Of a stretch of 64,000 bases of DNA, positions 1 through 14,366 are shown piece after piece. A model generated the notes under the pieces. The model made no database searches and was not told the origin of the DNA. It was given only the letters and a program-made list of their open reading frames with translations. Source of the DNA: Octopus vulgaris (lineage: Eukaryota). How positions within the stretch are numbered: the stretch's first letter is position 1; every line of letters begins with the position of its first letter. The translations under genes were made by a program, and so were the position numbers. The DNA is taken from contig OX597822.1 in NCBI GenBank assembly GCA_951406725.2, forward strand, positions 32,798,001-32,862,000, in the 5' to 3' direction.

Positions 1-236
1 GTTAATGACTGTCTTTTGAAGAGCTGAACACAGAGATTCCAGTACTTATTTTTTATGTCTAGTACTTTGTATATCTGTTTTACTAAACCACTAAATTAGA
101 GGTACATAAACAAACCACATCCTCTTGTAAAGATGCGAGGTTACAAAAATCTACGCACAAATTCACATGCATACACTCATATTCACATGTATAAATACAC
201 CTATGTATATATATACACGCATAAATACACACACAT

Positions 237-278
<42 letters not shown>

Positions 279-585
279 CCATAGGCATATACGTATATAT
301 ACATACATATATACATATATATACGTATATACATATATATAGGCACATTAGAATATATGTGTGTATTTCTCGATGTACGTGAGTGTGTGTGCGTGTGTGT
401 CTATGTGTCTGTGTCTGTGTGTGAGGAGCTCCTTACTCATTTACTTTCGATGAAATTCTCTCATAAACCATTACTCTCTCGGGACTACGGTACCAAACGT
501 ACCAGATACAACGCAGTGAGACTGAATCCAAGGCCATTTGACAATGAAGCGAGGTTCTTACACATACAAACTTGCCCGCGCCTAT
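1..585 (-). mobile_element. SINE family A, degenerate copy with internal (TA/CA)n
   Basis: Diverged reverse-complement match to the family A copies at 1879, 15146 and 26857. Confidence 0.6.
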
Positions 586-1326
586 AATGCGACTTTAAAT
601 TTACAATTTGGACGGCTGTGCACTGCCTGCAACCTTACGCTTCGTCTAATGACCTCTCAGCAGGGTGGGACCGCAGCATAATTACTGAAATTGCTAGAAA
701 CAACAACCAAATCTACGTCAAGTTTTGGTGTACTGTTTTGGGAAAAAATTAATGATATAGTGGTTAAGGCAATATCAAGTCTTCAAAAAAGAGAGCATTG
801 TATTGTTATGATAGGAATGTATTTGATGATTCGTCTGCCTAGTAAGGGTTAACTTTGGGGCCAAACACAAAAGCTGTTTCGTATTTGATAAAATAACACT
901 GCCTTACACTAACTGTTCATATGTCACTACGAACAAGTTTTAGTATTGTAGCAAAACTAAAATCTAGATATGATATAATATCAGAATTAAGAATTATTAA
1001 TTATACAAATCTCTTTTATATATATTTTTTTAATATAATTTATCTCCCGACGACCATCAGTTCGCAATAACAATTCCGGATTTCTCAGCTTGAGAGATAA
1101 GACTAGATTGATGAGGTGAAAAACTTTTGATGATTTGTCTCGACATACGCAAGAGATAGTTGGAAGACTTCGGTATTGTGTGAAGATTGATTGCCTAAAG
1201 GGGGCTTACTGTGGGAGAATTAGAATGGTTTAGAAGAAAATGTAACGTTGTATTTGTTTACCATATAAGTGGTTTTATATAGAAATATATATTTGAGAAA
1301 ATTGTACATGTTTTATGGAAAGCCGT

Positions 1327-1327
1327 A

Positions 1328-1381
<54 letters not shown>

Positions 1382-1500
1382 AAGAAAGGAAGACAGGAAG
1401 AAAGAAAGAAAGAAAGAAAGAAAGACAGGAAGAAAGAAAGAAAGGAAGAAAGAAAGAAAGAAAAAAAAGAAATAAAGAAAGAGAGAAAGAAAGACACATA
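1327..1500. repeat. Compound microsatellite (GT)n(GA)n(GAAA)n
   Basis: Directly visible. Confidence 0.95.
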
Positions 1501-1878
1501 GGCAGATACAGAGAGATAGACAGGGAAAGGCTGTCATCTCCGAACTAGTTATAGCAGAGATCGGATGAGTTAAATTATGTCTGGTGAAATTCTGATTTTC
1601 AGGTTGTACTTAGAATGCGAGTGCCATTTCATTGCCACAGTTACATCAGTAGAATTATTGAGCGTGACCTCGAGTCATGTACTCAGTGTTCAAAGGTTAA
1701 TTGTTTCCTGTCTCTGAAAACAATAATTACACATTGTCAAATATTTTTATTATTTTACATGTTTTAACCATTTAGACAACGGTCATGCTGAAATACGTCT
1801 TCAATGGTTTTAGTGGAATCCAATTTGTATTTAAGTCTAGTAATTTTTTATCGAATAGTTTTTCGTCCAAAAATTACA

Positions 1879-2037
1879 CAGACGCAGACGTGGCTGTGTG
1901 GTAAGTAGCTTGCTTACCAGCCACACGGTTCCGGGTTCAGTCTCACTGAACCTTGGGCAAGTTTCATCTTCTATAGCTTCGGGCCGACCAAAGTTATGAG
2001 AGTGGATTTGGTAGACGGAAACTGAAAGAAGAAAGTC

Positions 2038-2078
<41 letters not shown>

Positions 2079-2347
2079 TATATATATGTGGGGGGGGCGT
2101 GTGTGTGGGCGTGTGTGTTTGGGTGCATATATTTGTGTGTGTGTGTTTGAGCTTCCCCACCCTACCCCACCATCGTTTTACAACCAACGTTGGTGTTTTA
2201 AAGTCCCCGTAACTTTTGCGGTTCAGCAAAAGAGACCGCCAGAATAAGTACTAGGCATACAAAGAGTAAGTCCTAGGATTGATTTGTTCAACTAAAGCTT
2301 CTGCTCCAGCATGGCTGCAGTCCTCTGACTGAAACAAATAAAAGAAT
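1879..2347 (+). mobile_element. SINE family A (tRNA-like head, central microsatellite, conserved tail)
   Basis: Head GTGGCTGTGTGGTAAG..GGTTCAGTC, then GGATTTGGTAGACGGAAACTGAAAGAAG, (TA/GT)n and tail ..GCTCCAGCATGGC..GACTGAAACAA; more than 10 copies in the window. Confidence 0.85.
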
Positions 2348-2539
2348 AACTAAGTTATGTGACATACATGGACATAGAATTAACAACAACCTAAATATAT
2401 AGAAAAAATAATGACCCACACACACAATACAAAGACATATACACAGGCACACATACACACACATATTCGCACACATAAACGCATACATATCCACACATAT
2501 ACATGCATATGCACAAACATAAACACACATATATATGTA

Positions 2540-2595
<56 letters not shown>

Positions 2596-3229
2596 TCGTT
2601 GCAGGTTTACGCGCAGCTTCCGTTTCTGAAGCTATGTGATTATGGACGTATGTTTGTGTTCTCGTAGCTGTATGACAAAATATGAAAGTAGGTAGGTGTA
2701 TGTTTATTTCTTCACATGATTTTAATGGTTCTGATATACCCTTGAAGATCATTAACCAATATTCCTAAGGTTTTCATTAATAGAAATTGAAATAGCTAGA
2801 AATTGCACAAATTAAAATTAATTAAAAGCAAAGTGGCTGCAATTGAAATAAATTGTCTCTTGTCATAAATAGATTTTCTCAATGGAAATTGATAAATCGA
2901 TACCAGTTCTTTTGATACGTCTTCCTTATTTTGATTTTGATTTATTGTTATTTTGAAGTTTATAAGAAAACAAGTATGTTTCCCTTGAAATGGAAAAAAA
3001 AAGAAATCTAAAACTAATTGAAATAGTCGAATAATTCTTCATATATGTACGTATTCACGTACGGGTTACTTCAGTGTGTGTTCGTGTGGGAATGTTTGTG
3101 TCCATCCCTATGTACATGTCGATACGTATCTTTATATTTTTATGCGTTTATTTATTAAATGGTTGAAATAGACTTTTTATCACATAGCAGATCTATCTCA
3201 GGTCAAGTATCTGTGCGATGATACATACA

Positions 3230-3265
3230 TCCATACATATGTGTCTGTGTGTGCTTGTATATATG

Positions 3266-3311
<46 letters not shown>

Positions 3312-3327
3312 TATATACATACATATA

Positions 3328-3375
<48 letters not shown>

Positions 3376-3395
3376 TATATACATATATGTACATA

Positions 3396-3429
<34 letters not shown>

Positions 3430-3453
3430 TATATACATACATATATGTACATA

Positions 3454-3487
<34 letters not shown>

Positions 3488-3565
3488 TATATACATACAT
3501 ATGTGTACATACCTATATATATAGATATATATATATATGCATATATACATACATATATGTACATA

Positions 3566-3614
<49 letters not shown>

Positions 3615-3622
3615 GCATATAT
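3230..3622. repeat. Higher-order microsatellite with a ~55-60 bp unit GCATATATACATACATATATGTACATACC(TA)n, about 5-6 copies
   Basis: Repeated unit visible. Confidence 0.85.
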
Positions 3623-4106
3623 GGGTACAGGACATTAAAAAAATGCTCAACCCAATGAGAAACGAAAACATAGAAACAAGAACATAGACACAAACATTTT
3701 TTCGAACAACGAAAAAAACAAACAGAGAAACGAGACATACAACATAAAGAATATTCTCCTTCAGTTGTCCCTGTTTCATCTACACCGCGTTTCAAAATAT
3801 ATATATATATCATCATCATCATCAACCATCCTCATGACTTATGGACACACAAAAAAAAAAATGAAATTATGTACTTTACATTTTCTGGAACAATTCGAGC
3901 AATTTATAAAAATGTTAATATTTAATTGATGCCTGAGTTACTTTTTAATTGCATAGTATTTATACTGTCCAAACTTGAAAGCATTATCTACCGGTAAGTA
4001 TAACTGAACATGCGGTTATATTTCGCTTGTAGATAAAAGAAAAAAATGCCTGTGATTTTTTTTTATGTAATTGATATGTGAATCTTTTTATAATGTACGA
4101 GATGAG

Positions 4107-5105
4107 AAGGCGGCGAGCTGGCAGAAACGTTAGCACACTAGGCGAAATTCTTCGCAGTATTTCGTCTGCCGCTACGTTCTGAGTACAAATTTCGCCGAGG
4201 TCTACTTAACCTTTCATCCTTTCGGGGTCGATTAAATAAGTACCAGTTACGCACTCGGGTCGATGTAATCGACTTAATCCCCTTTCCTGTCCTTGTTTGT
4301 TCCCTCTACGTTTAGCCCCTTGTAGGCAATAAAGAAATAAGAAACGTTAGCATTCCGGGCGAAATGCTTAGCGGTATTTCGTCTGCCGTTACGTTCTGAG
4401 TTCAAATTCTGCCGAGGTCGACTTTGCCTTCCATCCTTTCGAGGTCGATTAACTAAGTACCAGTTGTGCAGTGGGGTAGATATAATCGACTTAATCCGTT
4501 TGTCTGTCCTTGTTTGTCCTCTCTGCGTTTAGCCCCTTGTGGGTAGAACAGAAATAGGTACTTCCTTTGTCTTTATATTCTGAGTTCAATTTCCATCCTT
4601 CCGGGGTCGATAAATTAAGTACCAGTTGCGTACTGGAGTCGATCTAATCGAATTGCCCCCTCCCCCAAAATGCTGGGTCTTGTGCCTAGAGTAGAAAAGA
4701 ATGTACGGGAGGAGGTTGCTATTGTAGATTAGTATTTCAAAATATTTCAATGAGTTGAAATTCTCCCGAGGTTGACTTTGCCTTTCATCCTTTCGGGGTC
4801 GATAAATTAAGTACCAGTTACGATGTAATAGGCTAGTCCCCTCCCTCCAAATTTCAGGCCTTGTACCTATTGTGGAAAAGATTATTATAGGAAGTTTTAG
4901 GCGGTGAGCTGGGAAAATCGACAACACGCCGGGCAAAATGGTTAGAAGCATTTAGCCTACCTTTATGTTCTGAGTTCAAATTTCGCCGAACTCAAATTTG
5001 CCTTTTGTACATTTAGGCGTCGATAAAATAAGTACTACTTGAGCACTAGGTCGATCTTATCGACTTAGCTCCTCCCCCGAAATTGCTGGCCTTGTACCAA
5101 AAATG
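4107..5105 (+). mobile_element. Tandem cluster of about 5 SINE family B copies or fragments
   Basis: Repeated GGCGGCGAGCTGGCAGAAACGTTAGC..GAGTTCAAATT..GCCGAGGTCGACTTTGCCTTTCATCCTTTCGGGGTCGAT..AAGTACCAG. Confidence 0.85.
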
Positions 5106-6195
5106 TGAAACTATCTTTATGTGAACTCATCCATTGACTCAGGAGTATCATAGAAGTGTCTACCCAACGAGCTAATTATGTAACCAAAAACCAAAGTTAT
5201 TTTCCTACTTTCGTCTCAAAGTTGAGTTACATATGTAACTGAAACTCAGTAAGAAATTGTGCAGTTTACAATTTAACCTATAACTACAGTATTATGAAGT
5301 ATTATCGTTTTGGATTTTACTATTTATGAAGACCTTCGATAGCTGTACCTCCTCCATATGAAAGCAACCTGAGCAATTATTTATATTCACATAGTTCCAT
5401 TAATAAACTTGCTGTTACAAATCTCGATATTTGCTAGCTTAAAACATGAAATTTACTTCTTAGTCCCATGTATCCAAATATTGTTTGCCTTATTACGAGT
5501 TAACAAATGCAGAATTTAATTTCGAACATTATTTTGCTTGGATGCATATGTTCAACGACTAAGATATAAAAAAAACAGGAAGTAAGATATACTGCTAATA
5601 TACATGAACAACTACATTTAAAATAAAATGTCAAACAGCTAAGGTGTACATATCATATCATATTATTATCATTTCACAAGTATTTGCTATCTCTGCACGG
5701 AAAAGCAACTACGGAGTGATTTTCCGATAATCGCCTTTCCTACAAGCTTTCATGAATCTGAAGATTAATACATCAATCTCATCTATCGAGTGAGTTATAC
5801 AAGAATCACCAGTGTTTTAGTTATTTTCTGATTAATTTAAAAACAATTTTACTCATATCACTACAACGCAGCCTTTCATATCTCATCTAAAATCGTTTCT
5901 AAAATCGAAGGTTATTTTTGAAAATGTTAAAGAGTAAATGCTATTTTCTTTTCTGTTATTATTTGATGGTAGAGATACGGTGATATCTCATTCAGTGAAA
6001 AGCATCAAATTAAATGCGTCACAATATTATTGTTGTTGCTGTTCTTGTTACCATCAACACAACTGAATACGTTATTGTTACTATATATATTATTGGAATA
6101 AAAATGCGATATTTTATTTCGTTCTCAAAGAGAAAGGTGAGCGTTCTTATTATAGAAGTCACCTAGTACTACGACGACAACAACAACAACAACCA

Positions 6196-6693
6196 GTGGA
6201 GGCGCAATGGCCCAACAGTTAGGGCAGCGGAGTCGCAGTCGTAAGAACGCGGTTTCGATTCTCAGACACAGCATTGTGAGTGTTTATTGAGTAAAAACAT
6301 CTAAGCTCCACGACGCTCCAGCGGGAGCGGGTGGTGAACTCTGCTGTACTCTTTCACCACAACCTTCTCTCACTCTTTCTTCCTACTTCTGCCTCAAAGC
6401 AGAGGAAGCATGGTGTAACCCACTATGGTGTGGTAAACTTTCAGACCCTAGTCTAGATTCCGAATCATCTGTACCCCAGCATGGTTCAGCTCTCCACCCG
6501 TTAAAAGCCACCGTTTACGGAATGAAGATAACAACGTAGCTTTCGCGCCCGTGCAACCGCTAGTCTATCGCGTGAGGTGAGTGGATCTTCAAGTTGCCAC
6601 ACGCATTCGTAGTAGCTTAGAGTATGCTCGAATTAGAGATTATTCTGTGTGGCTAATGGCATGAGTCCTGATTGGAAGAAGAAGAAGAAGAAG
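6196..6693 (+). mobile_element. SINE family C head with long tail ending in (GAA)n
   Basis: tRNA-like head GGAGGCGCAATGGCCCA..GGTTTCGATTC; second full copy inverted at 58082-58559. Confidence 0.85.
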
Positions 6694-7308
6694 ACAACAA
6701 CTACTACGACTACTTAATCTGTCACTGTTTTTATGAAGAACAATGGAACTTTACTATGCTTCGAATAGTGTGGTGAATATCTACAAAAAATAATTTCTTT
6801 CGCTTAATTAATAAGGCGCAAATCAAAAGAATCATTGGAAAATAAGATAGATAGTGGAGTATGTGCAAAAATCTATTCTTCGCTCTTGTGTTTATGCTAA
6901 AAGCTATTTTGATCCCACACAATTCTCCAGATCGCAATCCACTGTTCTACTGTGTAAGGAGCATCGTTCAGAAAAATGGCAATGACCCCACTCCTTTTCA
7001 CTAGCACCAAAGATTCTTTGAAAGCCGCCATAGTTCGAGTTATGTCCGATATGAACAAGGGTCACTTAATACGAGCTTGTAAATGAATTTGACCCCCACA
7101 TTGAGGCAGTTACTGATGCTTATGGTGGCTTTATTAAATGAAATTATTAAATTGATAATTTATCTCTAAGTTTATGTTACTTATATAAAATTAAAGTTTT
7201 TGCTACTATTATATAAGCGTTTATTTTTGTTAATCATAAATCTGTCCTCAAATACCGTCCATACCCTGTACACCCCCACACACACGCACACACATACAAA
7301 CTCGCACG

Positions 7309-7376
<68 letters not shown>

Positions 7377-8652
7377 CATATATATAGCGTTGCTATTATG
7401 CGAAAGTGTTGTAAGTCCAACACTTTGCTTTTTCAGAAAGCGGAAAAATAACTTCAATATTCCATAGCAAAATCGTTGTACTACACTTCGACAATTTTTG
7501 ACATCTAGGCATTTGAAGCTGGTGGAGTTACGATAATTTGACCAAAGGAACCGTCTATTATCAGCAAATATATATATTGATAACTATTCGTATTTGGCCA
7601 CACATACACACATACACACACACGTGTGTGTGTGTATGTGTGTATATACATTGCCTTGACAGGCACCTCAGGTGCATATAGTTCATGATCCAGGTTTGAT
7701 ATGTAGTTGTAAGCAGGGATTTCTTTTCCTATACTCATGTTGTTCGGCGATTACTAAAGTTATGGTCTCTCATTATCTAATCCATTCCAAAGTATTCATG
7801 GATACCATGTGTCAGCGAATCGAATACATTATTTATGTCCACGGTGCGTGCAGTAATGCTATTTACTACGACATAACGGGTTTTACAACACAGGTATGTA
7901 ATTCCTCGTTATAACGGAAGTTAATCACATTTGTTTGATCAAGAAACGTGTAAAAGAATACTGCAACACATTTTCTCGCTTACACATATAGTTTAATGAA
8001 GCCTAAATCTAGGATGGCATGCATAATATTGCGTAGTTTTAACAAGATTTTGTTTTCTCAATCTCAAATTATGTGCTCGGATATATAAATCTTTACGACT
8101 GGCTCTAGTCATTCATCTGACGAGGAATCTTCAATTGAATTTCCTGCCTATGATGTTACACAGTCGTGAAGCGTTTCGCCGTATAAATGGGCCCAAGTAC
8201 TATTCTCTGTTTTAAGCTGGGTACTCATTTTATCGCTCTCTTTCAACCAAACTGATAATTTAGAGGGTCGTGAACAAATCAACACCAGCTTCAAGTGGTT
8301 GCAGGGAACAAGCACAAATGCACGCACGTACACACGCAGATATATACATACATACATACGTTTATATGAGCTGCTTTCAGTATCCATCCACCAAATTCAC
8401 TCTCAACGTTTTCGGGGTCGATCAAACAAGTACCAGTTGATCAGTGGGGTCGATGAAATCGACTTAACCCCTTCCTCGAAATAGCTGGGCTTGTACCAAA
8501 ATATAAATCCAACATTACTTTGTACTGACTTTTGAGTTCATATAATTGGCTGGGCGGAGAATATCCATGAACTCATCCCTCACGCCCTCACCACCGTAAA
8601 TCAGTAATAGTGTGAAGTACATATATAATGAGTCGTAACAACATGTTATTGG

Positions 8653-9184
8653 GGCGGTTATTCTGGTTTAAGCACCCCATATAACCCGACATAAACATTT
8701 TTTTTTAAATTTCCGAATATTTTACAGAATTTATGTTTCAGACACGATAATTGATATGATTATGTAAAGATTTAATGTGTGATTTATGGGCAATTTAAAT
8801 GGGGTTTTTTTTTTGCATATCTCACGACCATTTGATACCTTCCCTTTTCTTTGTCACCCTTGACATGTATTCATGCTTTAGAATACTTTTCCCACCATAA
8901 TAACATTTAATGGCATGATGATGTATCCAAAGGTGGTACATTGCTGGGATTTAAGCAAAAGAATCCGACTCTGCGTATCTGCATATTTAGAAAAAAAAAA
9001 TGAAAACGAGTGGCACTTTTAGGATTTATTGGAGGTCAGTCATTTTAATTTTTCTTTTTCCTAATCATGTGAACTCCTGTGTTTAGAATATAAATTCGCA
9101 AAACTTGTTTGAAAATTCCAAAAAATAAATTTAAAAATAAATAAGCTATGTGTGGTTGTATCGGGTGCCTAACCAGAATTCCTC
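8653..9184. mobile_element. MITE with imperfect TIRs and 7-9 bp TSD (Mutator-like)
   Basis: Left ATTCTGGTTTAAGCACCCCATATAACC vs right GGTTGTATCGGGTGCCTAACCAGAAT; flanking direct repeat TGTTATTGG at 8644 and 9185. Confidence 0.7.
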
Positions 9185-10814
9185 TGTTATTGGTAACACC
9201 ATGGCAAAGTGACTTATAACACACACACTTACACACACGTGTGCGTGTGTGTTTGCATGTGCAATTTCTATTGTTAATTCTCATTACACTTTACACTTGG
9301 TCTTAAATATAAAAAAATATGTGTGTGTATAAGTAGTTATCTTTACTTTATAATTATGTACCTGTTTATTTGATGTATATATTATTCATACGTATCTCTT
9401 AATCCACTGTACATGTTCAAGTAAGAAATCGAGAATATTGCATCAGTATTCTCTATTGGCTATGTACTACTAAGCCAAATATGTTGTTTGTCAAAAGGCA
9501 CGTAGCTTGACTGATTAACAAGAGAGTTGCGTGCAACAGATGTCGGCTTTCACTAAAGGAACCCTGATTAAGATATCGTGCAAGAGTTAGAAAAATACAA
9601 CTAAATTAATATTTTAACAGTGTAGCTGTAAATGCGACTGGTCAGTAAGTCCACAAGGAAAATTAATGTATTATCAAACAAGCTATTCTCTTAATACATT
9701 AAGGCAATTGATTTGAAAGTCGCCATGAAATGTTTTCGTGTCACATAATACCAACACACATTACATTGTTATATTGCTTCCAATGCTAAATGTTAGAGGG
9801 AGGAAAGCTGTGAGCTAATGACTGAGTGAGAAAACGAGTGAACAAGGGAAGAAGGAGTGAGTCAGTGAACGAATCAATTAATGAGTGAGTGAGTAAGAAC
9901 GTCTGTGAATTCTTTGTGTAAAGATACTAAATAGAAGAAAATATTTACTTTAAGATTTACACGTGATGATTTTCACGTGGAAAAATAATGATGCGTTACA
10001 ATACCTTGCCTAAATCGATAATGGACATGAAGAAAGTGGCGGAAACGTTAACAAAACTATTAATTTCATCTTATAGCAATATGGAAAGTCTGATGTTGAA
10101 GCCTTTTCGAAGATGTTTTAGTAAAGTAATTTTCTCCTACCAAAAACTCAATTTCTCTACACAAAAAAAAGAAAAACAAAATAAAAATAAAAATATAAAA
10201 AATAAAAAGAAAAACATATGCGTTTGTGTTTAGTTCGCTAAAACTATACCAGACTTTCTTCCGAACATATATGACTGTATCTAGGAATCTTATTTGAATA
10301 TTATTTGTTTCCAAAGATGTCTTGACTACCATTTTGTCATAGTTACATGTATGGAATATATTTTGAAACATCTGAAGCGGAAATCTATATCAAGGCAACT
10401 TCTGTTTAGTGGTAAAATTTTTTATACTATCATAGAATTTCTAATTAACATATAAGATATTTATCCGTTAGCATACAATACATAAATGAAAAACAAAAGT
10501 TAAAATTTAATTAATTATTTACGTAGCGACAAAATCATAAATGATAATATACTGTCGCCGAAATGTTGAAAACAAACGGAGATGATTAGAGGAAACGTTC
10601 GTTTTTTTTTTAATTTGTGTACTATTCACGATATATAAGTTATGCAGTACAATTTTCTTGTATTGTGGATATTTTGCTTGAGGAAAGATGCTCCAGAATT
10701 TCAATTTTTATTGTTCATTTCCGTATATAATGTATTTATATGTGTTACTTAATATGCGTTGTGTGTTTGTATGAATGTAAGTGTATGCCGAGTTGGACTG
10801 CACTTGCTTTTACA

Positions 10815-10879
<65 letters not shown>

Positions 10880-12676
10880 TGCAGTCACATGGCGTTCAGA
10901 GATACTTTTTCTTCTCGGAACGTTGAGCCGCGCGTTGTTAGTTCTATTTCTTTGCCCTTAATTTCGGGTTTTTGACCAGCGCTACACGTCTTCTTTTGTT
11001 TTTTTGTTTTGTTGTGTTACTGAATTTTTTTTCAATATTCTATGTTACATATGCGTATGTGTATGTGTCTGTATACGTATGTGGGGAAATGTTTTGCTAT
11101 ATAAACAGGTATTTATTTTCCGTGTTTAATACCAAACCATCAACCCTATACCGTTGGATGAATTATTTCTGCTAAAAATACATTGTTTATATTATTTAGT
11201 TGAAGATGTATTCGTAACTCCGGGAGTTTACTTCTAGTTAAATGAGTTTTGATGACTATTAAGAAGAGACCAGTCTGATGATTATTGCACACAGCGCATG
11301 TGATTTCTTCACAGGTTGCATTTTCATAACCAAAGTAAAAATAGTAGTTTTATGTAAGAGGACAAAAATAATTCAGAACATGTCTAAATCCTTCTAAATA
11401 TTGCATATCTCCACTTCACCATTTTCTCCATCATTTGCCGAAATCAAAACAACATCATACTGCTCAGAATAAAGGATGCAATACACAGGGATGTTTTAAA
11501 CATCCCCGCAAAATCTGATTGCATTGTTACGCTGTAATTGCATAGTGATCCCTCTTCGATTAAGTAATTATTTACTTTGCCCATTTAGCTAATTTTGTGT
11601 TATATATCTTCACCGGATTTATATCCATTGTGTTACGGATGTTTACTTTGTCAATTCCAGATATACGAAATTCAAACCAGCATATTATATCATAAGAAAA
11701 CATTATGCTTATAACAACGCAATAACAATAAAGAAAGAAAGAATTTAATGCAAATAGTCGTCTGCTTTAGCCATCGTTACTGACCATTGAAAATCTAACG
11801 ACAATAATTACAATGACTTACGATAAAGAAATCTGAGATACAAATTGATCGGATCGACACTGGCGCGCTTATTTTTATAATCTTTGGATGTTTAAATAGG
11901 AAATGACCTTAGAATGTTTCAATACGGAATTGAGATTTACCAGATAGCATTCGAAGTCCCTGTTTTATTAGTTGAAATTTCACACTATAAATAACCCTTT
12001 CTACTAGTGGCACAATGCCTGAAATTTGTGGGGTGGGGACTAGTCGAATACATTGACCCAGGAGCATGACTAGTACTTAATTTATCGACCCCGAAAGGGT
12101 GAAAGTCAAAGTCGACCGCCGGCTTCTTAATGCACACAATATTTACAATATTATCCGTTGCTGAATACACTAATAATATATTTTCTAAAGAACGTACGGC
12201 ATGATATTTAATTAAATAGTTATAGCAATGTAAAACTCATTTTAAATTGAATCGGTCTTTTCATATTTTTCGGGTGAGTGTGTACGATTGATTTTTGAAT
12301 TGGTGCGATTCATATCTAATTAGGCATACCAACCAACTGTCTTACATAGTTCAGCAGAATAATAATTCAAAACTATTAGTTCTAAAATGTAAACACATTA
12401 AGTTCCATTATATAAGGTTCCATTTTATAACGAAATGAAATATTTTATTTATTAGTACGCTGTTACAGAGATACCAGCTCAAAGTTTCTATTCATTTATA
12501 CAAAACATATACTTATAAATCAATATATTCATTATCACACACGTTTCGTATATGTTATTTTCAATTTAAATCCGTTGATATGAATATTATTTGTAATCTT
12601 CGATTTTTGAAGGGTGGAGGAGTGGCAGAATCATTACAAAGTTTCACGAACTGCCTTATGGTACTTAGCTACCATA

Positions 12677-12910
12677 AGGCGGCGAGCTGGCAGAAACGTT
12701 AGCACGCCGGGAGAAATGCGTAGCCGTATTTCGTCAGCTGCTACGTTCTGAGTTCAAATTCCGCCGAGGTCGACTTTGCCTTTCATCCTCTTGGGGTCGA
12801 TAAATTAAGTACCAGTTACACACTGGGGTCGATATAATCGACTTAATCCGTTTGTCTGTCCTTGTTTGTCCTCTCTGTGATTAGCCCCTTGTGGGTAGTA
12901 AAGAAATAGG
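12677..12910 (+). mobile_element. SINE family B, near full length
   Basis: Same sequence as the 4107 cluster. Confidence 0.85.
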
Positions 12911-13206
12911 CACTTAGTTACCATACGTCCGAACTCAAGTTCTGGTTGTGTCGATTCGCCAGTCATCACTTGAAGGTCCATATAAAAACTGCGTGGTGCC
13001 AAGTGTATCCCCAAAATTTTAGCTTATTTAGTAAGAAAATTTCAATTATCATGTAGGCATGTTTATATCATTGATACCTTGTATTTTATCTCCCCATCGC
13101 AAATTAATGTGAATGTCTATCTCTATGAGAGTTATTGTTAATAATTGGCAGTGGATTTTCAGTATCTATAGGATACCGAAAACAATTAACTGTATATTAA
13201 GTAACG

Positions 13207-13526
13207 TGGAGGTACAATGGCCAAGTGGCTAGGGCACCGGACTAGCGGTCGGAGGTTCGCGGTTTCGATTTCCAGACCGGATGTTGTGGGTGGTTATTGA
13301 GCGAAAACACCTAAAGCTCCACGAGGCTCCAGCAGCGGGTGGTGGTGACCCCTGTAGTACTCTTTCACCCCAACTTTCTCTCACTCTCTCTTCCTGTTTC
13401 TTGAGTAACGCTGCGATGGTCTGGCGTCCCGTCCAGCTAGGGAGGAAGCACATACGCCACAGAAACCGGAAAACCGGGCCCATGAGCCTGGCTAGGCTTG
13501 AAAAGGGCGCATAAATAAATAATATC
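13207..13526 (+). mobile_element. SINE family C head with alternative tail, 8-bp TSD
   Basis: TSD AAGTAACG at 13199 and 13527; (TAAA)n end. Confidence 0.85.
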
Positions 13527-14085
13527 AAGTAACGGACGTTTGGGTTCTAGATACATATGGTACGTATTTGATCTATGCTTTTTTTTATGAAGAGTGACTC
13601 AAAAACTAATAGATATTCAGAAACAAAGATAGATCATTGTCTGCTATAGATTCTTACACTTTTAGCTTCAAAGCCGATTTTTTATAACAATTTAAAACGT
13701 TACATAGATGGGTGGAATCAGTAGAGTTGTTGATAAAATGCCTAGGGATCTTTTTATTGCATTTGTTTACGTTTTGAGTTCATATCAGTGTCATACAAAT
13801 AATGTACCAGTAGAGTACTTGTGTTAGTCTATGGATATAATTATCTGAGAGACATCCATATTTGCGTATGACCTAAAATATTTCCTTATCTTTCTTAGTG
13901 TGCTGACTTGAAATGTATTCGAGGCTGATACAGATTCTAATCCATCCAATGTTATGAAAAAAACGCCACCCCAATAGCGAAGAATATATACACATAAACA
14001 CTTAAATACATGCATACACACACATGCCGCACACACACCTACACACATATATACATACATATATACGTTTGTATGTATGTATGTA

Positions 14086-14366
14086 TAGAGCAGCGAACTC
14101 GCGGTCGAGGGGTCGCGGGTTCGAATCTCAGATCAGGCGATGTGTGCGTTTATGAGCAAAACACTTAAGCTCCATGCTGCTCCGGCAGAAAGTAATGGCG
14201 AACTTCTGCTGACTTTCTTGCCACAACTTCATCTCACTCTTTCCTCCTGCATCTTGCAGCTCACCTGCAATGGACCGGCATCCCATCCAGATGGGGAACC
14301 TATACGCCAAGGAAACCGAGAAACCGGCCCTTATGAGTCAGGCATGGCTCGAGAAGGAACAAACAA
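14086..14366 (+). mobile_element. SINE related to family C (divergent subfamily)
   Basis: B-box GGTTCGAATC; collinear with 13207-13526. Confidence 0.75.

Noticed and set aside
3623-3795. (TA)n-flanked element with minus-strand GAAACGCGGTGTA..CTGAAGG resembling permuted HHR parts
   Set aside because: Stem I cannot be formed and the core is incomplete; possibly a PLE end but unsupported
8114-8155. CTGACGA followed by a GGAA/TTCC hairpin
   Set aside because: No GAAA and no stem III
9950-10130. Possible exon (ORF 9988-10233)
   Set aside because: No recognisable homology or partner exons
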